Notes: generated by a model not told the origin, from the sequence alone. A DNA stretch of 64,000 bases from an uncultured Acidobacteriota bacterium (GCA_963804995.1 CAWDSK010000005.1:1254457-1318456), one strand, 5' to 3'. Shown: positions 44,246 through 52,109, numbered from the stretch's first letter. Made by a program: numbers and translations.

Positions 44246-45037
44246 ATGGAGACACACACGATTCACACGGAGTTGTTACGGCGGCGAGTACGCGTGTTAG
44301 TCGTCGGTTGCGGAGGCACCGGCAGCGCCGTGGTCGGCGGCTTGCCTTTCTTGCACCAAGCGCTGATCGCGTGGGGGCATCCCGAAGGCTTGCACGTGAC
44401 GGTTATGGACGGGGACGTGATTTCTCCCACCAACTGCGTGCGGCAGCCGTTCAGTCGTTGTGAAGTGGGAAATCTCAAAAGTGTCGTGCTCGTGAACCGG
44501 CTAAATTTGTTCTGGAATCTCGGGTGGGAGGCGGTGCCTGAGCACTTGGTCCGCAGGGAGCCGCTCGACCGGGTTGACGTTGTCATCGGGTGCGTGGATA
44601 CTCGCGCGGCCCGGGCGGTGATCCGGGAATGCACGACCCGCTGGAGTGCCACATCGTACTGGCTCGACATTGGTTCCACTGCCGACGCCGGGCAGTTCAT
44701 TCTGGGTGAGCCGTTGAACCAAGTGAACCGACGATGCAGAACTCGCCTGCGAACAGTCGCTGAGCTGTATCCTGAGACTGTGGATGGTAGCTTGGATGAT
44801 GACGAGTTGCCAAGCTGCAGCGCGATACAGGCCCTCGAAAGGCAGGGCCCGTTCGTCAATCAAGTCCTCGCCCAGCACGCTCTAGCGTTGCTGGCACGGC
44901 TCTTCCGATATGGGCACATCAGCTATCACGGTGGGTTCGTAAACTTACAGGAAGGCTGCGGCGCGAGGCTTGCGGTTGACCCTTTTCTGTGGACGCGGCT
45001 CAGGCGGCGTTGCAAACGTGAACGGAGCAGGACATGA
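44246..45037 (+). CDS. PRTRC system ThiF/E1 family protein
   Basis: VVGCGGTGS, DGD.IS..NCVRQ, GCVD, PSCS..AL..Q..FVN. Confidence 0.9.
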   Translation: METHTIHTELLRRRVRVLVVGCGGTGSAVVGGLPFLHQALIAWGHPEGLHVTVMDGDVISPTNCVRQPFSRCEVGNLKSVVLVNRLNLFWNLGWEAVPEHLVRREPLDRVDVVIGCVDTRAARAVIRECTTRWSATSYWLDIGSTADAGQFILGEPLNQVNRRCRTRLRTVAELYPETVDGSLDDDELPSCSAIQALERQGPFVNQVLAQHALALLARLFRYGHISYHGGFVNLQEGCGARLAVDPFLWTRLRRRCKRERSRT

Positions 45038-45790
45038 CGCCCGGGCCAACCGGGCGCCCCTTGGGTTTCCGTTTCCCTCTTGATTCTTTTAGGTGGCCTC
45101 GGAGATCCCTGGGGAAACCGCAATGAGCCGTGGCCTGTTGCTCGGAGAACTCGAACATACTAAATCAGTTTCGCCTCGCCGTCACGGTCGGTATGTAGCT
45201 CTCCGCCAGAACCGAATCGTCCCAGTGTTTCCGGTCGCCCCCGGCTTCCGCAACGACCGAAAGCTTCACAATTAGCTCGGCGGTTTTCTGACTCTCTTTT
45301 CGTCATGCCGATCTGTGCCTTCTACAACTCTTGACTCGCCTATGAGCCCTTGTCATCTGCAAAAAGGGCCGAATCCTATTACCCTCCCGGCATTCCCAAT
45401 TACCGCCTTGAAGGTTGCCCTGCCAGTGGCGGCGGGCGCCATGGATGATGACCGATTCGCCTAATGTCACTCGCACACTCAATCAGAACCGGAGAGCCCC
45501 CACATGTCTGCAACTCTAAACCAATTCAAAGGTTTTCGCGGCTTCCTTTGGCTGGCCGTCGGCTTCTTGCTCCTGGCGGCTGCTCTCGGAAGCGCAGTCT
45601 ATATCCTCGCGCATTTTATCAAATGTTTGTAAGCCGCCCACTTCAGACGAGACTTCTCTCACGCCACCTGGAACCGCGCAGGTTATGCGCAAGGTCAAAA
45701 CTCATCATACCTTGGAAATGGGCTTTGTTAGCGCAACTCCACATTGGAGGCTGTCAGCACCAGTGCCCGACCGTCCTGTTTGTGCTTCAA

Positions 45791-46615
45791 TTAACCGAAA
45801 ATCTGCTTCAGACCGAAATTACACCGTTCCCTCACGGCCTCTGGCGAAAGCTTTCTGGGGCCGGCCATCTGGGCAGCCTCGCGAATAGCGTCGTTCACAT
45901 TACCGAAAAGGTCGGTCGCTGCGTGTTCGATTTTTCGGACGCTGTTCGGGTGAATTCCCGGCTTCACTTGGGTGTCCCATTCAAGGCTTACATCTCCAAG
46001 CCTTGCACCGAATATTTCGAGTGTGTCATGGATGTATAGAATGTCCTTCGCGACTTTGCCGCGCCTGCGCTTATTGTGAATCAAAACTTTGTGAGCCAGG
46101 AAACTCGCCGGATTCGCAATCTGAACGTGCTTAGGCTCGACAAACGGAAATCCATTCGAGCGGTCGATGGCAACCGTCCAAGGGGCGTAAAGTAGGATTT
46201 CGAGATGGCGGAGTTGCTGTGAAACCACACCGGCTATTCGCCGCGTTACCTTTGGTTTTCCATCCCTTCCATGCTGGGCGCCAAATAACGGAGTCAAAAA
46301 CTCGGCGTAGAAGCCAGTCTTGGCGTCACCCAGGCGGTAGTGTGTCGCCGGTGGTTTGTCCTGACCTAATCGTTCCTCTTCGAATCCATTGGAGACTAAT
46401 CGTTCCCGGATGTCCTGACCTGTGACCGGCAGTCGAGGAGGGACAGCAACGTCGGTATCCAACGTCATCAACGGGATGTACGTAACCTGCTGTGCGTTGG
46501 GGTGAAGGCGATACAGCCGATAAGCCCACCCGCCAATAATCACTACATTCGCGAGCCACGGTTCAAGGGAAGCGATCAATCGAGCAAATGGCTCATTTTC
46601 GGGATGACCGTTCAT
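45791..46615 (-). CDS. Nucleotidyltransferase (GSU2403/AbiEii-like toxin)
   Basis: IIGGWA..TLDTDVA, FLAHK..KDILY; ATGA overlap with the upstream gene. Confidence 0.7.
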   Translation of the reverse strand: MNGHPENEPFARLIASLEPWLANVVIIGGWAYRLYRLHPNAQQVTYIPLMTLDTDVAVPPRLPVTGQDIRERLVSNGFEEERLGQDKPPATHYRLGDAKTGFYAEFLTPLFGAQHGRDGKPKVTRRIAGVVSQQLRHLEILLYAPWTVAIDRSNGFPFVEPKHVQIANPASFLAHKVLIHNKRRRGKVAKDILYIHDTLEIFGARLGDVSLEWDTQVKPGIHPNSVRKIEHAATDLFGNVNDAIREAAQMAGPRKLSPEAVRERCNFGLKQIFG

Positions 46616-47853
46616 CGATGCGCCTGCTGAATAGAAGGAGCCAGAACCCGTTTCCAGATTTGGTCCGCTTGTTCTTTGCCCCTCGTGGGATGATTCGACG
46701 CGTCCAACCACACCTGGAGAATATCCGACACAGCAACCCCCTCAGGTCGGACCACCGCCCGGAACACCGCCTCTTTGTTTTCCGGGATTCGAATGTATGC
46801 ATCCGGCTGTCCTTCCGCATCTTCGACCGAAAAGCCGAGCCGCTCCAGGGCGGCCGAGTTCAGATGCTCAAGGTAGATAGAAGGAGCGACTCCATGAACG
46901 AATCCGACCCCGAGCAAATCGGCCGCTGCAAACAGCCCGAGCGCGATGCGAGGAGCTGGCACAACGAGTCGGCCCACCCGCGGCTTTGGATGCCGCAAAA
47001 GGCTTCCATCCCGCCACGAGCAGTATGACCTAACAGCGGACAGAAGCTGTTCCTCACCGCCGCGGATGATCCAGCGTACCGGAACCTCACGCGCAGTTCT
47101 CTGGCTTGCGCCTTGCCACCGCCGCATCAGTTCTTCCCGCTTGACGAGGCGCAACAAACCTTTTCGATGGTCAAGGAAACCCTCGCTCAAGAGCTGTCGA
47201 ACCAAGCGGGAGGCGCTCATTACGGAAACGCCCGATGCCTGAGCAAGCTGCCTTCCGCTTCGATACTGACCGCGAGGAACGGTAAGCAGAGATTCCGGAA
47301 TGTCTTGCCCTAGCAGTATCTTGAGCATCCATTGGTTTAGATCTGAGAACAGGTACGCGGATGATTCACTCTGTATCGGCAACCCGAGTTGTGAACGGGT
47401 TGACCGCTCCGAGTTGAATTTTTCCAAGCCGAACCCATGAAAAACTCGAAATCCTTCCGAATCCATAACCCCGATTCCAACATTTGGCGCATGCCTCAGA
47501 GCGAATTGTTGGACCTGGGCGGCCACCGAATCGGAAATACGAGGGGAAGCAACTACAGCCACCGGGATGGCAGAGTTTGAAAAATGCCGCGCTGCCGCTT
47601 GTGCTTGTAGAATGGCTTGGGATAGAAGGGGAACTAGTCGGTCACGCCGACCCTCGGCGGACCGTTTGACTTCGATCACGTATTTCCGGTCCCCGGACTC
47701 TACAATCGCATCGGCTTGACCGTCGGCGGGCGGTTTGTCGTATATGCTCCAACCGGCTCGACGAAAGAGGTCCAGGAGAAGAGTTTCGAATTCCTTCTCT
47801 TGAGGGCGCTCGCGACGGTGAATCTGAGGAGGCATAGGTTGTACCGTGGCCAT
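46612..47853 (-). CDS. AbiEi-like antitoxin/regulator with an N-terminal PD-(D/E)XK-like region
   Basis: ADAIVE..VIEVK, HTH RQLAQASGVSVMSASRLV, C-terminal LQVWLD..RGKEQA; start uncertain. Confidence 0.6.
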   Translation of the reverse strand: MATVQPMPPQIHRRERPQEKEFETLLLDLFRRAGWSIYDKPPADGQADAIVESGDRKYVIEVKRSAEGRRDRLVPLLSQAILQAQAAARHFSNSAIPVAVVASPRISDSVAAQVQQFALRHAPNVGIGVMDSEGFRVFHGFGLEKFNSERSTRSQLGLPIQSESSAYLFSDLNQWMLKILLGQDIPESLLTVPRGQYRSGRQLAQASGVSVMSASRLVRQLLSEGFLDHRKGLLRLVKREELMRRWQGASQRTAREVPVRWIIRGGEEQLLSAVRSYCSWRDGSLLRHPKPRVGRLVVPAPRIALGLFAAADLLGVGFVHGVAPSIYLEHLNSAALERLGFSVEDAEGQPDAYIRIPENKEAVFRAVVRPEGVAVSDILQVWLDASNHPTRGKEQADQIWKRVLAPSIQQAHR

Positions 47854-48121
47854 GATATATACCACGGCCATGGTACATCGCTGGATGTTCCGTGTCAACC
47901 CGCCCGAGTTGTAATGCCCGAGTTGTAAAATCCGAGTCGCCTTGGCCACCAGACCAGGGAATGGGCGCGCACATGCATAGCAGCGTGTTGGTCGCGCGCG
48001 ACTACATGTTAAGCCTGGCGATTTTCCCTATCATGACAAGAACGTATGACAACGAGTTCATCTTCGGAGGCACCCATGGGATTTCAACGAGCCTGAATGG
48101 TTGATACGGCACACATGGGTT

Positions 48122-49669
48122 TCAGTTGCCGCCGGTTTCGAAGTCCATTGGTTCTTCGAGGCGAACTCTCAATTCCTTCAACCAAGTACGAGGGTTGGTG
48201 CCATGGGCGATGCGGCCCAGAAAGCGTAGTTTCCCGGCTATGTTGCAGCGGTTTTGCCGAATATCTTCCTTCGTGCCTGTAATGTAAACGGCGAGGAACT
48301 CCTCCATGGTTCGGGGCTTTGAAAAGAGATATGTAGCGTGGCCAAGCTGTGGCGTCTCTACGACCACACAATGCTCGAGCTCCAGGATGTACTCACTTCC
48401 AAAGAGATAAAGTCGCCGTGCTCGCTTGCAGAGCTCCTGGTAGAAGAAGGCATCGTAGTCCGGTTGCCAGTTAATCTGAGCGATGTCGAAGTTGCCGGGG
48501 ATGCCGAGGTTCCAACAGAGGCTGCGCAGTTGTCCCCTCTCCAACGGCTCGCGATCGATGCGGGCACGGACTTTGGCCAGGGCGTCGGAGAACTCACCGA
48601 AACGGTGGTAACTCTTCCGAGCGGTCTCAATTTGCTCAGCCATATCAGCCGGTAGCTTCACCTCGATGCGGCTCGGCAAGGCGGTTTCCCACTTAATCAG
48701 GTGCCACTCGCCACGCCGCTGGCGATACTTGCCCATTTGGACGAAGGTTCCCCGCAACTCGACCTTGGCGCCCATGAGATGTTTCCACTGGTTCCATGTA
48801 GCATCCCAAGCGATCGGCATGGCCGACTGGTCGAGTGTGACCTCAAGTTTCCTTCGGACATCGCGGTATATGGCGTGATCGTTGTGAAAGTCAAAATTGC
48901 GCAACGGCGCCCGGAAGCGGCGTTCCCGATGCTCGGGAGCGAAGGACAGGATTTGCGTGGCGAAGAACGTCTGCCCGTCCCGCGAGCGGTCTCCGGCGAC
49001 CAGAATCGAACCGAAGCCGCCATACGGGAAGAGCGCCGGTGACGAAGTGTCCTTCAGCAGCGAGTCATAACAAGCCCGTAACTCCGGCTGAGCCAGGATG
49101 TTGAAGGCTCGTTCCAAGGTGACACGATCAAGTTTGGAAGCACTGGATGCACGGAGTTCCAATTGGCGGAGATTGAAGGCAAGTCGCAGCTCAGCGGGCG
49201 ACGCAGACGCGCTGATCCGTAGAGTGTCATACAGGTTCGCTTGGCGCTCCCAGGCCTGGTGCCGTCTGGCGACATAGAAGTAATCGTGCACCACCTCGCA
49301 AGGCAGATGGATGGTGCCAATGCCCAGACGTCCCGCGGAAACCGCGGCCCGCACGTAGAGATGCTCTCGCTTGTCGGTCTTGGGCTGTGTGGCACAGCTG
49401 ATGGGAGCCTGGTAGAGATCGCGACTCCGAGTGGGGGACGAGGTCTTGTGAATGTAGAGTTCAGTCCCGGCGCCGGCGGAATTAATGGCCAGAGGGAATT
49501 CAATTTCGTCGCCGGGCCGGATATGTGCTCCCAGGAAGTTGGAGATGAGGATACTGCCGATATTGTTGAAGCAGCAGACAGTCTTGCCGCCCTCCTGCTT
49601 AAGCTCCGAGACAGAGCCACGGCGGATCGTCTCCGCCACTTCATTTGCCGATTGGGTGCTCGTCTCCAT
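48122..49669 (-). CDS. Hypothetical protein with a central J-domain-like segment
   Basis: NLYDTLRISASASPAELRLAF..AFNILAQPELRACYD, no HPD. Confidence 0.6.
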   Translation of the reverse strand: METSTQSANEVAETIRRGSVSELKQEGGKTVCCFNNIGSILISNFLGAHIRPGDEIEFPLAINSAGAGTELYIHKTSSPTRSRDLYQAPISCATQPKTDKREHLYVRAAVSAGRLGIGTIHLPCEVVHDYFYVARRHQAWERQANLYDTLRISASASPAELRLAFNLRQLELRASSASKLDRVTLERAFNILAQPELRACYDSLLKDTSSPALFPYGGFGSILVAGDRSRDGQTFFATQILSFAPEHRERRFRAPLRNFDFHNDHAIYRDVRRKLEVTLDQSAMPIAWDATWNQWKHLMGAKVELRGTFVQMGKYRQRRGEWHLIKWETALPSRIEVKLPADMAEQIETARKSYHRFGEFSDALAKVRARIDREPLERGQLRSLCWNLGIPGNFDIAQINWQPDYDAFFYQELCKRARRLYLFGSEYILELEHCVVVETPQLGHATYLFSKPRTMEEFLAVYITGTKEDIRQNRCNIAGKLRFLGRIAHGTNPRTWLKELRVRLEEPMDFETGGN

Positions 49670-50105
49670 ATGGAGTGCAGCATAGCCAGCCTGGGAGTCC
49701 GCGTCAAATGAGGTCTATTTGCTTCTAAGTTACACGTGCGTAACAAGATAATCGTGGACAAAATGGAAGGGGCGGACGCGGTGAACTTTTTTCCAGAGCA
49801 AACCAGCCGCCAGGCGTTGTGTCGTAAGGGGGAGTAACCCCTTGCTGTGGCACGATGGGTAAAGAATTACTGGAGAGGAATCCTACCAGCTATCAGGGGA
49901 CACAAGCAAAATTGCGGTAGACAATTCGGGATTTGCCTAAGGGCTTGAGCCAGAGGCAGGTCAAGAACTTCAATGGGAATCCGGCTGCCCGGCTATGTGA
50001 GTTCATAGACACTGCGGCGTTTTCTCGCGGCTAATGGTCGAGGACAGGCTCATCTACTGCGATTCTGCGCAGTTGCGGTTTTCCGGCGGGATCATAGTTT
50101 TTTCC

Positions 50106-50133
50106 TTGCATTCTTCCTGCGCCTGTAGTGTAA
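50106..50133 (+). promoter_or_regulatory. Probable sigma70 promoter of the tRNA operon
   Basis: TTGCAT ... TGTAAT, 12 nt upstream of the first tRNA. Confidence 0.6.
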
Positions 50134-50145
50134 TAGCTTGGTTGT

Positions 50146-50221
50146 GCCGACGTAGCCAAGCGTTCAAGGCACCTGCCCTGTAATCAGGAGATCGCTGGCT
50201 GAAAGCCAGTCGTCAGCTCCA
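50146..50221 (+). tRNA. tRNA-Thr(TGT)-like, atypical (C33, T-loop CTGAAAG)
   Basis: Acceptor GCCGACG/CGTCAGC, U73, CCA; loop CCTGTAA. Confidence 0.65.
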
Positions 50222-50230
50222 GAGTTGAAA

Positions 50231-50365
50231 ATGTTGAGATTCCCCAAACCCGGAACGACGTGCGACCGGCAAGGTAGGCCGTGCCGCATATTTGTGTGCG
50301 CCCATGGTCAGGTCGTCGATAACACCATCATGGCGACAAATCCAGGGCGCGGCGGGGGTGGGTAG
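50231..50365 (+). CDS. Putative attenuator leader peptide 1 (44 aa, ends PGRGGGG)
   Basis: MLRFPKPGTTCDRQGRPCRIFVCAHGQVVDNTIMATNPGRGGGG*, immediately before a terminator. Confidence 0.65.
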   Translation: MLRFPKPGTTCDRQGRPCRIFVCAHGQVVDNTIMATNPGRGGGG

Positions 50366-50394
50366 AATCCATAGCACAGTTCGGATTCCAAATC

Positions 50395-50422
50395 AGCCCG
50401 CCCAAAAAAGGCGGGCTTTTTT
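50395..50422 (+). terminator. Intrinsic terminator / attenuator 1
   Basis: AGCCCGCC-CAAAAAA-GGCGGGCT followed by a T run. Confidence 0.85.
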
Positions 50423-50424
50423 AT

Positions 50425-50435
50425 TGCTCTTTGAC
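50425..50435 (+). promoter_or_regulatory. boxA-like antitermination element
   Basis: TGCTCTTTGAC versus rrn consensus TGCTCTTTAAC. Confidence 0.65.
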
Positions 50436-50447
50436 GAACGTTCCTTT

Positions 50448-50523
50448 GCTGACGTAGCCAAGCGTTCAAGGCGCCTGCCCTGTAAGCAGGAGATCACTGG
50501 TTAAAATCCAGTCGTCAGCTCCA
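50448..50523 (+). tRNA. tRNA-Thr(TGT)-like, atypical (C33, T-loop TTAAAAT)
   Basis: GCTGACG/CGTCAGC; CCTGC-CCTGTAA-GCAGG; TCCA end. Confidence 0.72.
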
Positions 50524-50532
50524 GAGTTGAAA

Positions 50533-50667
50533 ATGTTGAGATTCCCCAAACCCGAAACGATGCGCGAACGGCAAGGTAGGCCGTACGGCATATTTGTGTG
50601 CGCCCATGGTCAGGTCGTCGATAACACCATCATGGCGACAAATCCAGGGCGCGGCGGGGGAGGATAG
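50533..50667 (+). CDS. Putative attenuator leader peptide 2 (44 aa)
   Basis: MLRFPKPETMRERQGRPYGIFVCAHGQVVDNTIMATNPGRGGGG*. Confidence 0.65.
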   Translation: MLRFPKPETMRERQGRPYGIFVCAHGQVVDNTIMATNPGRGGGG

Positions 50668-50690
50668 AATCCAGAGCACAATCGGATTCT

Positions 50691-50722
50691 AAAAAAGCCC
50701 GCCCTAAAAAGCGGGCTTTTTT
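50691..50722 (+). terminator. Intrinsic terminator / attenuator 2
   Basis: AAAAAAGCCCGC-loop-GCGGGCTTTTTT. Confidence 0.85.
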
Positions 50723-50724
50723 AT

Positions 50725-50736
50725 TGCTCTTTGACA
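50725..50736 (+). promoter_or_regulatory. boxA-like antitermination element
   Basis: TGCTCTTTGACA. Confidence 0.68.
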
Positions 50737-50756
50737 ACTGAAAGACCCAGCAGCAC

Positions 50757-50830
50757 AGGAGCATGGCGTAGTGGCAGCGCGGCGGTCTCCAAAACCGCAG
50801 GCGTGGGTCCGATTCCTACTGCTCCTGCCA
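50757..50830 (+). tRNA. tRNA-Trp(CCA)
   Basis: GCGGT-CT-CCA-AA-ACCGC; ends GCCA. Confidence 0.85.
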
Positions 50831-50831
50831 G

Positions 50832-50905
50832 GGCGCGTTAGCCAAGTGGAAAGGCATCTGCCTGCAAAGCAGACAACCTCGGTTCGATTCCGAGCCGCGC
50901 CTCCA
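50832..50905 (+). tRNA. tRNA-Cys(GCA)
   Basis: TCTGC-CT-GCA-AA-GCAGA; U73, CCA. Confidence 0.9.
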
Positions 50906-50906
50906 G

Positions 50907-51000
50907 GGTGGTCAGCACTGGTGTGCGGGCGGGCCCTATAAGCCTGTAATTGCCCCGGATCAGGGTGCACGGCAGAGTTCGATTCTCTGGACCACTACCA
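50907..51000 (+). tRNA. Atypical 94-nt tRNA, anticodon TAT (Ile codon AUA), long variable arm
   Basis: Acceptor GGTGGTC/GACCACT-A-CCA; D arm GCAC-TGGT-GTGC; GCGGGC-CCTATAA-GCCTGT; T arm CAGAG-TTCGATT-CTCTG. Confidence 0.75.
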
Positions 51001-51002
51001 TG

Positions 51003-51081
51003 GGGCTCGTAGCTCAGCCTGGAGTAGAGCGTCTCGCTACGAACGAGAAGGTCGCAGGTTCAAATCCTGTCGAGCCCTCCA
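51003..51081 (+). tRNA. tRNA-Arg(ACG)
   Basis: TCTCG-CT-ACG-AA-CGAGA. Confidence 0.92.
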
Positions 51082-51090
51082 TGTTTTTTC

Positions 51091-51169
51091 GGGCGCGTGC
51101 GGCCAAGCGGATCGGCCACCAGCCTCCTAGGCTGGCGATATGTGAGTTCGAATCTCACCGCGCCTTCCA
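51091..51169 (+). tRNA. tRNA-Arg(CCT)
   Basis: CCAGC-CT-CCT-AG-GCTGG; irregular D arm. Confidence 0.75.
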
Positions 51170-51170
51170 T

Positions 51171-51244
51171 GCCGGGCTCATCTAACGGCAAGATGTGCGC
51201 CCGATTAGCGCAACATCGAGGTTCAAGTCCTCGGCCCGGTACCA
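51171..51244 (+). tRNA. tRNA-Ile(GAT), atypical loop (C33, U37)
   Basis: TGCGC-CC-GAT-TA-GCGCA; ends ACCA. Confidence 0.78.
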
Positions 51245-51245
51245 C

Positions 51246-51319
51246 TCCTGGGTGGTTCAACGGTAGAACGCGCGGCTGTTAACCGCGAAATGGGGGTTCG
51301 ACTCCCTCCCCAGGAGCCA
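51246..51319 (+). tRNA. tRNA-Asn(GTT)
   Basis: CGCGG-CT-GTT-AA-CCGCG. Confidence 0.92.
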
Positions 51320-51325
51320 TATTGC

Positions 51326-51401
51326 GGGGCCAAGATGTTATTGGCGGCATACCCGCCTTTTAAGCGGAGAAGTCCGGGTTCGAATCCCGGTGGCCCCACC
51401 A
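51326..51401 (+). tRNA. tRNA-Lys(TTT)
   Basis: CCCGC-CT-TTT-AA-GCGGA. Confidence 0.85.
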
Positions 51402-51402
51402 T

Positions 51403-51476
51403 GCTGCGATAGCTCAGTGGCAGAGCCGCTGATTCGTAACCAGCAGACCGGAGTTCGATTCTCCGTCGCAGCTCCA
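51403..51476 (+). tRNA. tRNA-Thr(CGT)
   Basis: GCTGA-TT-CGT-AA-CCAGC. Confidence 0.88.
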
Positions 51477-51477
51477 C

Positions 51478-51553
51478 GGTGACTGAACCCAAACGGTGCG
51501 GGACCTGACTGTGGATCAGGTGTTAGCGGGTTCGACTCCCGTCAGTCACCCCA
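51478..51553 (+). tRNA. tRNA-His(GTG)
   Basis: G-1/C73; CCTGA-CT-GTG-GA-TCAGG. Confidence 0.88.
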
Positions 51554-51559
51554 AGATTC

Positions 51560-51633
51560 GGCCCTGTAGCGCAGACGAGCGCGGCTTCCTCCGAAGGAGC
51601 AGGTCATCGGTTCAAATCCGATCAGGGCCTCCA
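51560..51633 (+). tRNA. tRNA-Arg(CCG)
   Basis: GCTTC-CT-CCG-AA-GGAGC. Confidence 0.85.
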
Positions 51634-51707
51634 GCCGGCGTAGCTCAGTGGCAGAGCGCGTCCCCGGTACGGACGAAACCCGCGTTCGATTCGCGGCGCC
51701 GGCTCCA
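51634..51707 (+). tRNA. tRNA-Thr(GGT), C33
   Basis: CGTCC-CC-GGT-AC-GGACG. Confidence 0.82.
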
Positions 51708-51708
51708 T

Positions 51709-51784
51709 GCGGGCGGAATTCGAGCGGCAGAATACCCGACTCTTACTCGGCGAAGTGCGAGTTCAAGTCTCGCCGCCCGCACCA
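51709..51784 (+). tRNA. tRNA-Lys(CTT)
   Basis: CCGA-CT-CTT-AC-TCGG. Confidence 0.82.
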
Positions 51785-51790
51785 GGATTT

Positions 51791-51866
51791 GCCCCGTTAG
51801 CTCAGATGGTAGAGCGCCGGTCCTACAAACCGGAAGTCGGAGACTCGAACCCTCCACGGGGTACCA
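51791..51866 (+). tRNA. tRNA-Val(TAC), C33
   Basis: CCGGT-CC-TAC-AA-ACCGG. Confidence 0.8.
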
Positions 51867-51871
51867 GATTT

Positions 51872-51947
51872 GGGGGCGTCGTCTAATTGGGAGGACTCCA
51901 GTCCTGCAAACTGGCAACGAGGGATCGATTCCCCTCCGCCTCCACCA
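51872..51947 (+). tRNA. tRNA-Ala(TGC), C33
   Basis: G3:U70 pair; CCAGT-CC-TGC-AA-ACTGG. Confidence 0.8.
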
Positions 51948-51954
51948 AATTTGG

Positions 51955-52028
51955 GCGGTCATGGTTCAGTGGCAGAATCCGACATTGCCAGTGTCGGGGC
52001 GCGGGTTCGATTCCCGCTGACCGCTCCA
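51955..52028 (+). tRNA. tRNA-Gly(GCC)
   Basis: CGACA-TT-GCC-AG-TGTCG. Confidence 0.9.
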
Positions 52029-52029
52029 C

Positions 52030-52103
52030 GCGGCGTTGGTATATGGGGTGTGCCTCGGCCTTCCAAGCCGAAGAAGCGGATTCGATTTCCGCACGCCGCT
52101 CCA
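52030..52103 (+). tRNA. tRNA-Gly(TCC)
   Basis: TCGGC-CT-TCC-AA-GCCGA. Confidence 0.87.
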
Positions 52104-52109
52104 GATGTT

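Larger units (their letters stand above)
50146..50736 (+). repeat. Tandem ~300-bp duplication (tRNA-Thr + leader ORF + terminator + boxA)
   Basis: Units start at 50146 and 50448 and are highly similar. Confidence 0.93.

Noticed and set aside
49800..50090. Structured ncRNA or repressor gene upstream of the array
   Set aside because: Only short interrupted ORFs and no convincing fold or motif
50146..50523. Reading the first two tRNAs as Tyr(GTA)
   Set aside because: Stem register CCTGC/GCAGG centres TGT; short variable loop and U73 fit Thr
51091..51169. Amber suppressor (CTA) reading
   Set aside because: The 5-bp stem with a 7-nt loop CT-CCT-AG centres CCT (Arg)
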